A stretch of DNA of 64,000 nt from the NCBI GenBank assembly GCA_964478755.1, contig CAYZJP010000006.1, forward strand, positions 5,350 through 69,349, written 5' to 3'. The translations under genes and the position numbers were made by a program. Under the pieces are notes generated by a model. The model ran no database searches. It saw only the letters and a program-made list of their open reading frames with translations, and had not been told where the DNA came from. Source of the stretch: an uncultured Klebsiella sp. (lineage in GTDB: Bacteria; Verrucomicrobiota; Verrucomicrobiia; Limisphaerales; SXTU01). Of the stretch, positions 1 to 7,788 are shown piece after piece (position 1 is the first letter of the stretch; each line of letters begins with the position of its first letter).

Positions 1-123
1 AGCGACGCAAAGAGCGCGGCGAAATCCATGCGCGTGTGCTACTGGAACGGGATGAACTTGGCGAGGCCGAAGCCGGGACTTCCCAGCACGTCACCGCTGG
101 GTCGCGTGACGAGGGGCAAGAAG

Positions 124-1905
124 TCAGGCATTGTCAAGCAGGTTGGTCTCCATCAAGCGGCGGAACACGCCTTGTTCCCGACGCGACAGTTCTTCCGGCG
201 TGCCCATCTCCGCGACTTGCCCCTCCGCCAGCACGACGACCTGGTCGGCCTGGCGCACTGTGGAGAGGCGATGGGTGATGACCACGATGGTGAGTTCTCC
301 CTGCAATTTTTCGATGGCCTCCTGGACGAAGCGCTCGTTGTCGTTGTCCAGCGAGCTGGTCGCCTCGTCGAGCAGCAGCAACGTTGGGCGGCACAGAAGC
401 GCACGCGCGAGCGTGAGCCGCTGGCGTTCGCCGCCGGAGAGGCGCACACCACGGTCGCCCACCACGGTGTCCAGACCGTGCGGCAGCCGCGCGACAAATT
501 CCTCCGCCGCCGCGGCGCGCAAAACGGATTTCAACTCGGCCTCGGTGGCGCCGGGCCTGGCCCAAAGGAGATTCGCGCGAATGGTGTCGTGAAAGAGGAA
601 CGGCTCCTGTGGAACGTGGCCAATGGAGGCCCGCCACGCGGCGAGCCGCGCACCGTCGAGCGGCTCGCCGTCCAAGAACACGCGGCCCTCGGCGGGCGTG
701 AGCAGGCCAAGCATGATGTCGGCGAGCGTGCTCTTGCCCGCGCCGGACGGGCCGACCAGCGCGGTCATGCGTCGCGCGGGCGCGACGAAGCTGACGTTCC
801 GCACCGCCGCGTGGTCTGCGGCCGGGTCGTAGCTGAACGAGACGTTTTCAAGGCGCACCTCGCGCTGGAGTTCCAGCGCGGATTGGCTTTCAGCCGACTC
901 CTCGCGGGCGGCATCGAGATCGGCGCGCAGTTTTTCCACGGCGTCGAAGGCGGGCTGGTAATGGACGACTTGCTGCCAGGTGGTTTGAATCGCACCGATG
1001 CGCGGCAGCAACCGCGTGAACACGAAGGCCATCAGCACCAGTTGTGCGGTGCCGAGCCGCGCCCACGCCACCGCCGCGTAGAGGAAGGCCATCAGCGCGA
1101 CCCAGCCGGCCAGCTCGAAGAACACACGCGAGGCGGAGAAGATGTGCCGCGAGGCGACGTAGTGCTCGGCAATGGCGTGGGTGGCGCGGCGGAACAACTC
1201 GAGATGACGGCCGCCGCGCCCGTGGCTTTTGGCCACCTTGAACCCCGCGAGATGCTCGGCGATGACAGAGTTCAACTCGGCGCGGCATTGCTGGCTGGTT
1301 TTCCCCGCCTCGTGTGCGCGACGGTTCAACGGGCGCAATATCAGCGCCATCATCAGCCCGCACCCCAGCGCCAGCGCCGTGAGCGGCGGTGATAGCATCA
1401 CCGCCACCGTAAGATGCACCAACGCCAACCCACACAGTCCGGCGAGCGCAATGCCCTGTTGCGCCGCGAAGCCGGCCTGATCCACTTCCTGCGTAAGTGC
1501 GCGGGTCAGGTCCGCCGCGCGCAGCCGCGTGAACACCAACCAGTTCACGTTGACCAGCGCCGCGTAAAGCCGGTCGCGAAGGTGTGCGATGTAGGCCGCC
1601 TCGATGCGTGCGTTGTGCTGGTCCGACACGCGGCGCAGCACCGCTTGCAACACGAGCAGTCCGACGAACGCGCACAGCACCAACTCGAAGCCCGGTGCGA
1701 CACCGAGGCCGGCGAAAACCTTGCGCCACACGTTCGCCAGGCCCGCCGCCGCCCGCACCTGGCCCAGCCCCAGCAGTTCCACCAGCGGCATCAGGAGCAG
1801 CAGACCCGCCGCCTCCAGCAATGCAACCACCAGCAACATCGCCGCAGACGTGGCGATGCGCCACCCGGCGTGGCGGAGGAAGCTGATTAGAAAAGCAGGT
1901 GGCAT
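124..1905 (-). CDS. ABC transporter, fused permease/ATP-binding protein (MsbA/PglK-like type I exporter)
   Basis: ORF 124..2172. The hydrophobic N-terminal half is followed by Walker A GPSGAGKST, signature LSGGERQRL and Walker B LLLLDEATSSLD. Start trimmed to the ATG at 1905 (MPPAFLISF), because the upstream part of the ORF runs through a terminator and the neighbouring GT2 gene. Confidence 0.85.
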   Translation of the reverse strand: MPPAFLISFLRHAGWRIATSAAMLLVVALLEAAGLLLLMPLVELLGLGQVRAAAGLANVWRKVFAGLGVAPGFELVLCAFVGLLVLQAVLRRVSDQHNARIEAAYIAHLRDRLYAALVNVNWLVFTRLRAADLTRALTQEVDQAGFAAQQGIALAGLCGLALVHLTVAVMLSPPLTALALGCGLMMALILRPLNRRAHEAGKTSQQCRAELNSVIAEHLAGFKVAKSHGRGGRHLELFRRATHAIAEHYVASRHIFSASRVFFELAGWVALMAFLYAAVAWARLGTAQLVLMAFVFTRLLPRIGAIQTTWQQVVHYQPAFDAVEKLRADLDAAREESAESQSALELQREVRLENVSFSYDPAADHAAVRNVSFVAPARRMTALVGPSGAGKSTLADIMLGLLTPAEGRVFLDGEPLDGARLAAWRASIGHVPQEPFLFHDTIRANLLWARPGATEAELKSVLRAAAAEEFVARLPHGLDTVVGDRGVRLSGGERQRLTLARALLCRPTLLLLDEATSSLDNDNERFVQEAIEKLQGELTIVVITHRLSTVRQADQVVVLAEGQVAEMGTPEELSRREQGVFRRLMETNLLDNA

Positions 1906-1977
1906 GATGGCGCGGCAGGCCGCAGAATTGCCCGCCGGCCTGCGGCGAAGATGACGCAGTCTGTCCGGCCGGCGAAA

Positions 1978-2012
1978 GAGGAAAAGAAAAAGCGCACCGG
2001 TCGGGTGCGCTT
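1978..2012 (-). terminator. Rho-independent terminator after the GT2 gene
   Basis: Minus strand: 8-9 bp GC-rich stem AGCGCACC / GGTGCGCT (1991-1998 pairs with 2004-2011) with a 5-nt loop, followed directly by TTTTTCTTTTCC. It starts about 23 nt downstream of the stop at 2036. Confidence 0.7.
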
Positions 2013-2035
2013 GAGCGGTAGGAATGATTACGATT

Positions 2036-2848
2036 TCAGCCGCCAACGATTTCGGACTTGGAACCTTGGGCTTTGGAATCGCCGTCCACCCACTTCGCCT
2101 CGATGAGCCGCAGGGACAGGAGCATTTCGGCCAGAGCACGCTGGAAGGCGTAATACCATCCGTCCCAGCCATCTAGAATCACGCCACGCGCGAACAGGGT
2201 GTAGAACATCACAACGGGCGGACCGAGCACGATAGTGCGGCGGAGGCGATCGTCGAAACCAAGTTTTTCCGTCGGAGTGCGTGCGAGCTTCTCGGCCTCC
2301 AGCTTCGCGTATCGATCCTGCGACCATACCCAGTGCGAGAACGGCTTGCGGTCGTCGTGCAAGATGCAGGTGTGCAACGCGCCAGTCGGGCCACCGGCTT
2401 GGAGCACTTGCGTGTGACCGTCCTGCACGTAGCGGCACTTGACGCGGCGGAAGAGCGCCAGCCGCGGCGGATACAGCGTGCCGCGCAAGGGCCGACCGTT
2501 GATGCAGTAGCGGAAGGAAGCTGCGTAGGCCGAGATGTCCGCCACTGAATTCAGTGTCTCGAGTTCTTCCTCGAAGCCCGCTTCCAAGATGTAGTCCGCA
2601 TCCAACGACAAGACCCATTCCGTGCGCACCTGTTCCAGGCCGAAGTTCCACTGCGCTGTATGGTGGTCGAACGGTCGCTCGACGAAGCGGACGTTCGGGT
2701 GCCGCGCCGCAATGGCCTTCGTCCCGTCGCGGCTGAGGCTGTCCACGACGACAATTTCCCGCGCCCATATGAGGCGTGCGAGGCAGCGTGCAATGTTCGC
2801 CTCCTCATTGTAGGTGATGATGAGCGGGGTGATGGAGGGGAGATTCAC
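2036..2848 (-). CDS. Glycosyltransferase family 2
   Basis: ORF 2036..3028. GT2 motifs are PLIITYNEEANIARCL and VVVDSLSRDGT, with DADY further on. Start placed at the GTG at 2848 (VNLPSITPLII), 5 nt after the upstream stop; the longer ORF would overlap the methyltransferase gene. Confidence 0.8.
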   Translation of the reverse strand: MNLPSITPLIITYNEEANIARCLARLIWAREIVVVDSLSRDGTKAIAARHPNVRFVERPFDHHTAQWNFGLEQVRTEWVLSLDADYILEAGFEEELETLNSVADISAYAASFRYCINGRPLRGTLYPPRLALFRRVKCRYVQDGHTQVLQAGGPTGALHTCILHDDRKPFSHWVWSQDRYAKLEAEKLARTPTEKLGFDDRLRRTIVLGPPVVMFYTLFARGVILDGWDGWYYAFQRALAEMLLSLRLIEAKWVDGDSKAQGSKSEIVGG

Positions 2849-2853
2849 GGAAT

Positions 2854-3492
2854 CTACGCCGGCTTGTCTGCCGCCATCACCATCGTCATCCAGAGAAATG
2901 GGACGCGACCCGCGCCGCGGAATTGGAAGTTCGAGAAACCCGCCTCGGTGAGCAACTGCGTGAATGTGCGGCGGCTCCAGAACTTGATGTGGCCGCAATC
3001 CCATAGCGGGGAGTGGTGGGAATCCCACTTGCCGGTTAAGGCGATGGCGAGGTTCTTTAAATATCCGTGGTAGGGAGTGGTGCAGATTAATCGCCCGCCG
3101 GGCTTCAAGGCGCGGTGGCAGCTCCGCACGTAGCTGCGCGGGTCGTAGAGATGCTCCACAACTTCCGTGCTGATGATGAAATCGAACGGTTCCCCGCCGA
3201 GCCGCGCGAGCAGGTCATCTGTGGCCGATACCAGCTCGAAGCGGCATTGTGGATACGCGCGCCGGGCCGTCTCAATCCCGGACTGGCTCAAGTCGGTGCC
3301 CGTCACTTGGCAGCCGAGCTTCGCAAACTCCCCGCAAGTGAAACCATTGCCGCAGCCCACATCCAGCACCCGCGCGCCAGCCAGCCGTTCGCGCGCGCCA
3401 CACAACTCAAGCACCTTCGGCATGAAATGCCGGTGCATATGAGAAGCGCCCGCACCGTGGAAGTTGTATTGGAGGTAGGCGGAATCAGCCAT
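2854..3492 (-). CDS. Class I SAM-dependent methyltransferase
   Basis: ORF 2854..3579. Motif I is VLDVGCGNGF and the post-I region is LKPGGRLI. Start trimmed to the ATG at 3492 (MADSAYLQ). Confidence 0.85.
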   Translation of the reverse strand: MADSAYLQYNFHGAGASHMHRHFMPKVLELCGARERLAGARVLDVGCGNGFTCGEFAKLGCQVTGTDLSQSGIETARRAYPQCRFELVSATDDLLARLGGEPFDFIISTEVVEHLYDPRSYVRSCHRALKPGGRLICTTPYHGYLKNLAIALTGKWDSHHSPLWDCGHIKFWSRRTFTQLLTEAGFSNFQFRGAGRVPFLWMTMVMAADKPA

Positions 3493-3508
3493 GTAAACAG
3501 TGGTGGCG

Positions 3509-4693
3509 TTACGCGCGCGAAGCCGCAAGGATGCGTGTGTATTCGTTCTGGATGCGTGTGGCCACGGCGGGCCAGGCAAAATTCCGCTCGATCAGCTCGC
3601 GTGCACGTTGCGCGAAGACAACGGGCGGCTCCGCAGACCGAAGGAGCCGTGTTAGTGAAGCGGCGACGGAGGTGACTTCCATCGGCGGAACTTCGCCCAA
3701 CTGGTGCCGTGCGACCCAGCCGGCCAGCGCCACGCCGGGCGTGACCACCACGGGCAGTCCGCCCGCCAGCGCTTCGAGGATGACGAGGCCGAAGTTCTCG
3801 GAGTGTGATGTAAGCGCGAACACATCCGCGCCCTGGAGCAGAGTTTGCTTCCAGTCGCCGGTGGCGAAGCCAACACGCCGGGTCCGCGCCGCCATGCCTG
3901 ACTCGTTGAGCAGTTGCGTAATGCGTGCTTCGTATGTCGGCGACTCAACATTGCCGGCAAGCACGAAACAAAGCGACTCGGCCTTGATCCGGGCGAGCGC
4001 GGAGATGAGAAGTTCCAACCCTTTTTTCGGGTGGACGCGAGACAGGAACAAAACAATCCGCGCTTCCGGCTTCAAGCCCAGTTTTTCCCGCAGCCGTATC
4101 CGCACGTCTGGCAGCGGAGCGGGTAGTTCGATGCCGTGTGAGGCGACAAATCCCGGTGCGCGCAAGCCCAGTCCGACCGCCTCTGCCTGTTCCTGCTCGG
4201 TCATGTAGTGGATTGCCGCCGCCCCATCCAAATTGGCACGTTCGACCAGTGCGAGGTAGATCTGTTTTTTCCAAGCACGGCACTGCAACGACCATAGGCA
4301 GAGCTGGCCCAATGGACGGCTCAAATAAGGCACGCGTTGCCGCCGGGCGGCGCACATGGCCCGGGTGGAGGCGTAGGAGAACACCGCATGCACGTGAACC
4401 AAATCGTAGCTGCGGAGGGTGCCGTCGAGCCAGCGACCGAGTGGAGATGAGCAGGCAAATTCCCGGAGCGAACGCAGGGGCGGCGAGAAGCGAGGGAAAA
4501 ATCGAACGGGAGCGCCATCGAACTCCGACAGTTGACCGAGCGGCACGTCCAAGACGCCCTCACCATCGTCATTCGTGGCGGCGATCTCAGCGTCCACACC
4601 TCGCGCCCGCAGCGCCTTGACCGTGGCCGTCACCGCGAGGCTGGGACCGCCGCGACTCGGCGAAACCGAAGGTATGACATGGAGGACGCGCAT
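3509..4693 (-). CDS. Glycosyltransferase family 4 (GT-B)
   Basis: N-terminus MRVLHVIPSVSPSRGG; C-terminal EX7E-type region SENFGLVILEALAGGLPVV. Confidence 0.85.
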   Translation of the reverse strand: MRVLHVIPSVSPSRGGPSLAVTATVKALRARGVDAEIAATNDDGEGVLDVPLGQLSEFDGAPVRFFPRFSPPLRSLREFACSSPLGRWLDGTLRSYDLVHVHAVFSYASTRAMCAARRQRVPYLSRPLGQLCLWSLQCRAWKKQIYLALVERANLDGAAAIHYMTEQEQAEAVGLGLRAPGFVASHGIELPAPLPDVRIRLREKLGLKPEARIVLFLSRVHPKKGLELLISALARIKAESLCFVLAGNVESPTYEARITQLLNESGMAARTRRVGFATGDWKQTLLQGADVFALTSHSENFGLVILEALAGGLPVVVTPGVALAGWVARHQLGEVPPMEVTSVAASLTRLLRSAEPPVVFAQRARELIERNFAWPAVATRIQNEYTRILAASRA

Positions 4694-4714
4694 TCGCACG
4701 ACCCACTTGGCCGC

Positions 4715-4912
4715 TCAAAACAGTGTGTATATGAACGGGGCCGCCGCCGTGCCCCCCAAGATGAGCAGCACGCCGATCGCCAGCAACGCCAGCAGCAATG
4801 GAATGAGCCAGTATTTCTTGTTCTCGCCGAGAAAGGCGATGAACTCTTTCACGAGGCCAGCCTGCTGCTGCTGATTGGCCCGCTCGAACTCGTTGGGTGG
4901 TTGCTCGCTCAT
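4715..4912 (-). CDS. DUF5989 / SxtK-like small membrane protein
   Basis: 65 aa starting at the internal ATG of ORF 4715..5023: MSEQPPNEF...KKYWLIPLLLALLAIGVLLILGG. It has a single TM segment and starts 4 nt after the SxtJ-like stop. Confidence 0.7.
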   Translation of the reverse strand: MSEQPPNEFERANQQQQAGLVKEFIAFLGENKKYWLIPLLLALLAIGVLLILGGTAAAPFIYTLF

Positions 4913-4916
4913 AAAA

Positions 4917-5357
4917 TCAGAATTGGCTGAAGTAGCGCCCCGGGTTGGACGTTGGCGGCGCTTCGAACCAGTAAGTTTTCGCCTGCGGGTCGGGCGTCTT
5001 GCGAATGGGCTGGCCACCGCCAAGTCGCTTCAGCAAACCGATGCCTGTCACCAGCACATAGAAAAGCAGTGCCAGCACGACGTTGCCGACGACAAGCCCG
5101 ATGCAGCAGGCCAGCCCATACCAGAGGACGTAGAACGGACCGGCCACAGCCGGCACGGCGTAAAAAAGCAGGCCAGTGCCGGCTCCGATGCCTCCAAGCT
5201 TCAGGGCGAAGCTGACGTCCGCGCCCTCGCCGCGCAACCAGCCGACGGCGAGGAAAACCAGCGCCAAGCAGGGGAAACCGATCATAAGGCTTTTCCCAAA
5301 CGTGCGACGCGCGGCCGTATCCGGGTTCCAGTTAACTTCTTTGAAGGGATTCAGCAT
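4917..5357 (-). CDS. SxtJ-like membrane protein
   Basis: 146 aa, MLNPFKEVNWNPDTAARRTFGKSL followed by several hydrophobic segments. This family is usually found next to O-carbamoyltransferases. Confidence 0.7.
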   Translation of the reverse strand: MLNPFKEVNWNPDTAARRTFGKSLMIGFPCLALVFLAVGWLRGEGADVSFALKLGGIGAGTGLLFYAVPAVAGPFYVLWYGLACCIGLVVGNVVLALLFYVLVTGIGLLKRLGGGQPIRKTPDPQAKTYWFEAPPTSNPGRYFSQF

Positions 5358-5384
5358 ACATTCGCTTTATCGGCCAAAGCAGAT

Positions 5385-6308
5385 TCAAGCCACAACCGCC
5401 AGAAACGTAGCACTTGGAAAATCGCCCGGCCCCACGGCCAGACCATCCGTTTGCAAGGCGGGTTCGTAGTGCGGCAACAAAGCCCGCAGTTTTTCCCCAG
5501 CCAAATAATGTAAACAGGACAAGGACACCTGAAGGCAAAATCGGCTGTTATGCGCGAGAAATGCATGCAGCAGCACGGATTCATGCTGGAAAAAAAGCGC
5601 GCCTGACAGGACGTGGCGATCGTAATCGTAGGGAAATAAGATGTCATGGAAGTGGACTCGCGCTCCTTTCTTGAGGCGGGGCAACCACTCCAGAATAATT
5701 CGGCTGACTTCTCCCGCTGGACCGAGTGTGTGGGTAGAGTCCACAAACAGCAGAGCTTCTGGTCCAAGCGTCTCGATATCCGTCAGCGGCAGATCTTGAG
5801 CCCGGCGGGAAATCAGGCGGATGGTGCCGTTGTCAGCTAGGTGCCTGAGGTAGATTGTCGGGTATGGTTCCACGCAGGTGATTTGCGGCTGATAGCCAGC
5901 ATGAGCAGCGGCCGCGATACACACAGCCGTTGAGACACCGCAACCCACTTGGAGAATCTCCGACGGACGTTGCGTAGCGATGTAGGCGAAGAGAAAATCC
6001 GCTTCGGCTCGTCCGTAACCGGGCTCGCCGTTTGCCTTACACGCTGCTCCGTGAACATCCACCCCTCGCAGATGCTCTACCAGTGCGGGCGTGAGACAGC
6101 CCCTAAGCATGTCCAATTGACTCTCGACCGCTGCCCCAGTCACACCCTTCATCGTATAAGGGCGACGCCACGAAGAATCCGCCCGCAGCTCGCGAAGGTT
6201 CGGGATCTCCGAGTAAAAGTGACGCGGAAGGATATCGAAGCCTGCGCGCTGTCCAAGTTCAAAACCCTTCCAGAGGCAGGCCTTGAGTAGATTTTTTAGT
6301 GGTCGCAT
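5385..6308 (-). CDS. Class I SAM-dependent methyltransferase
   Basis: ORF 5385..6449 trimmed to the ATG at 6308 (MRPLKNLL), because the upstream part of the ORF is an alternate frame of the repeat scar. SAM motif ILQVGCGVST. Confidence 0.75.
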   Translation of the reverse strand: MRPLKNLLKACLWKGFELGQRAGFDILPRHFYSEIPNLRELRADSSWRRPYTMKGVTGAAVESQLDMLRGCLTPALVEHLRGVDVHGAACKANGEPGYGRAEADFLFAYIATQRPSEILQVGCGVSTAVCIAAAAHAGYQPQITCVEPYPTIYLRHLADNGTIRLISRRAQDLPLTDIETLGPEALLFVDSTHTLGPAGEVSRIILEWLPRLKKGARVHFHDILFPYDYDRHVLSGALFFQHESVLLHAFLAHNSRFCLQVSLSCLHYLAGEKLRALLPHYEPALQTDGLAVGPGDFPSATFLAVVA

Positions 6309-6327
6309 TCGATTCCGAAAGTGTGAC

Positions 6328-6525
6328 TCAATCCAGCTTGAAGCTCTCGATGTGTTTCTTGCGCGCAGATTCATCCTGCTGGGGCTGTTCGGTGCGGCGC
6401 AGGACGCAGTTCTCCAGCACCAGCACAACCGCAAGGCACGGAAAGCCAATCACCAAGCTCCTGGCAAAAGTGCGCCGCGTCGCTAGGTCCGGGTGCCAGT
6501 TGACTTCTTTGAAGGGATTGAGCAT
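6328..6525 (-). pseudogene. In-frame chimera: sxtJ-like 5' end (~33 codons) fused to carbamoyltransferase 3' end (~32 codons)
   Basis: The 65-aa ORF is MLNPFKEVNWHPDLATRRTFARSLVIGFPCLAV + VLVLENCVLRRTEQPQQDESARKKHIESFKLD. The two halves match the N-terminus of 4917..5357 and the C-terminus of 8917..10767. Confidence 0.8.
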
Positions 6526-6528
6526 TGG

Positions 6529-7461
6529 TCAGGTGAGATTCGCCTTGTGGACAAAGAACATGTCACGCTCACTGCTGGCGTTGATCGCAGCGGCTTGCTT
6601 CATGCCCGTGGAATCAATGTGAAACGGCACATAGGACGCCAGCGCAACTTGGCTTTGCAATCCGCGCTCAAACCCCGGCAGCACTTCCAGCGTAAGGTCC
6701 GGCTTCCACTTATCAAGAATCGAAGCGAGCGCACCCAGAATCAAAGCCTCGGCTCCCTCGGCATCGATCTTGATCAGCGACCGGCCCGGACTCAGCATCG
6801 ACTCCAACGATTTAGCGGATATGATCGGGACATGGCGCTGGCGGATCTCCGAGGAGAACTGGGCAGAAAACTCCCGCAACAGGGAACCGTTGGTCAAGTG
6901 GCCTTGCGGCTCATGAAAGGCAGCGACGCCCCCCTCGGTTCCGACCGCGCACTTCAGCGCCTGCACCGCTTGGAAATCGTTCAGTTTCAAGTTCGTTTGC
7001 AGCCGCCAGTAGGCTTCATCCGAGGGCTCAAAGCAAAAGATCCTGTCCAATGATTTTCCGTGCCGTTGAAACAAGGTGGCGAAGAACAACGTGAAGATGC
7101 CGACATTGGCACCGATCTCAATGATGGTGTCGTAAGTCGGGATTCGGCTGCCAAGAGCCTGGAAAACTGAGCTTTCATAAGTGATCTCCCGGCGGAACAA
7201 GGCTTCCGCGTCAAATTCTCCCAGGTGTGGCTGAATGAGGAATTCAACATTGTGAGCCACGCGCACACGTTTGGGAGGCAGCTCAACCTCGGGCCAATGC
7301 GCGGCCTGCACACTGTTCTGCAACTGTTGGAGGTGTCGCCCCGGCGACAGACAGCGAGCGACACATGAAAGCGCCCGCAAATAGGCACCCGCAACCAGGC
7401 GGGGAGCACGTGCCACAGACTGGTGCCAATGTCTGCCGATGCTGCGATAGAGGGCTGACAT
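6529..7461 (-). CDS. FkbM family methyltransferase
   Basis: ORF 6529..7596 trimmed to the ATG at 7461 (MSALYRSI). FkbM motifs are IIEIGANVGIFT, FCFEPS and KIDAEGAE. The start overlaps the stop of the upstream fragment as TGAGATG. Confidence 0.85.
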   Translation of the reverse strand: MSALYRSIGRHWHQSVARAPRLVAGAYLRALSCVARCLSPGRHLQQLQNSVQAAHWPEVELPPKRVRVAHNVEFLIQPHLGEFDAEALFRREITYESSVFQALGSRIPTYDTIIEIGANVGIFTLFFATLFQRHGKSLDRIFCFEPSDEAYWRLQTNLKLNDFQAVQALKCAVGTEGGVAAFHEPQGHLTNGSLLREFSAQFSSEIRQRHVPIISAKSLESMLSPGRSLIKIDAEGAEALILGALASILDKWKPDLTLEVLPGFERGLQSQVALASYVPFHIDSTGMKQAAAINASSERDMFFVHKANLT

Positions 7462-7462
7462 C

Positions 7463-7759
7463 TCAGTCCAGCTTGAAGCTCTCGATGTATTGCTTCCGCA
7501 CGGACTCATCCTGCTGCGGCTGTTCGGTGCGGCGCAGGACGGAGTTCTCCAGCACGAGCGCGTCCATGTCCGACGCCATGAAGCAGCGGTAGGCATCCTC
7601 GGGCGTGCAGACGATCGGCTCGCCCCGGATGTTGAAGCTGGTGTTGATGATGACCCCGCAGCCGATCTGGCGCTTGAACTCTTTCATCAGCCGCCAGTAG
7701 CGACCGTGCCGCTCCTCGTCCACGGTCTGAAGGCGGGCGCTCATGTCCACATGTGTGAT
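7463..7759 (-). pseudogene. Detached 3' fragment (last 98 codons + stop) of a carbamoyltransferase gene
   Basis: The C-terminal part of ORF 7463..8425 reads ITHVDMSARLQTVDEERHGRYWRLMKEFKRQIGCGVIINTSFNIRGEPIVCTPEDAYRCFMASDMDALVLENSVLRRTEQPQQDESVRKQYIESFKLD. This matches the last 98 aa of 8917..10767 at 93 of 98 positions. Homology stops at about 7759, and the rest of that ORF is an alternate frame of the AT3 gene. Confidence 0.85.
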
Positions 7760-7788
7760 GATTGACAATGCAAAACTTTCCCATCCCG

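Noticed and set aside
1-131. A possible minus-strand gene start at position 29 (ATG GAT TTC GCC...) running off the left edge, and a 30-codon ORF from 131.
   Set aside because: Too little sequence to judge coding potential or family.
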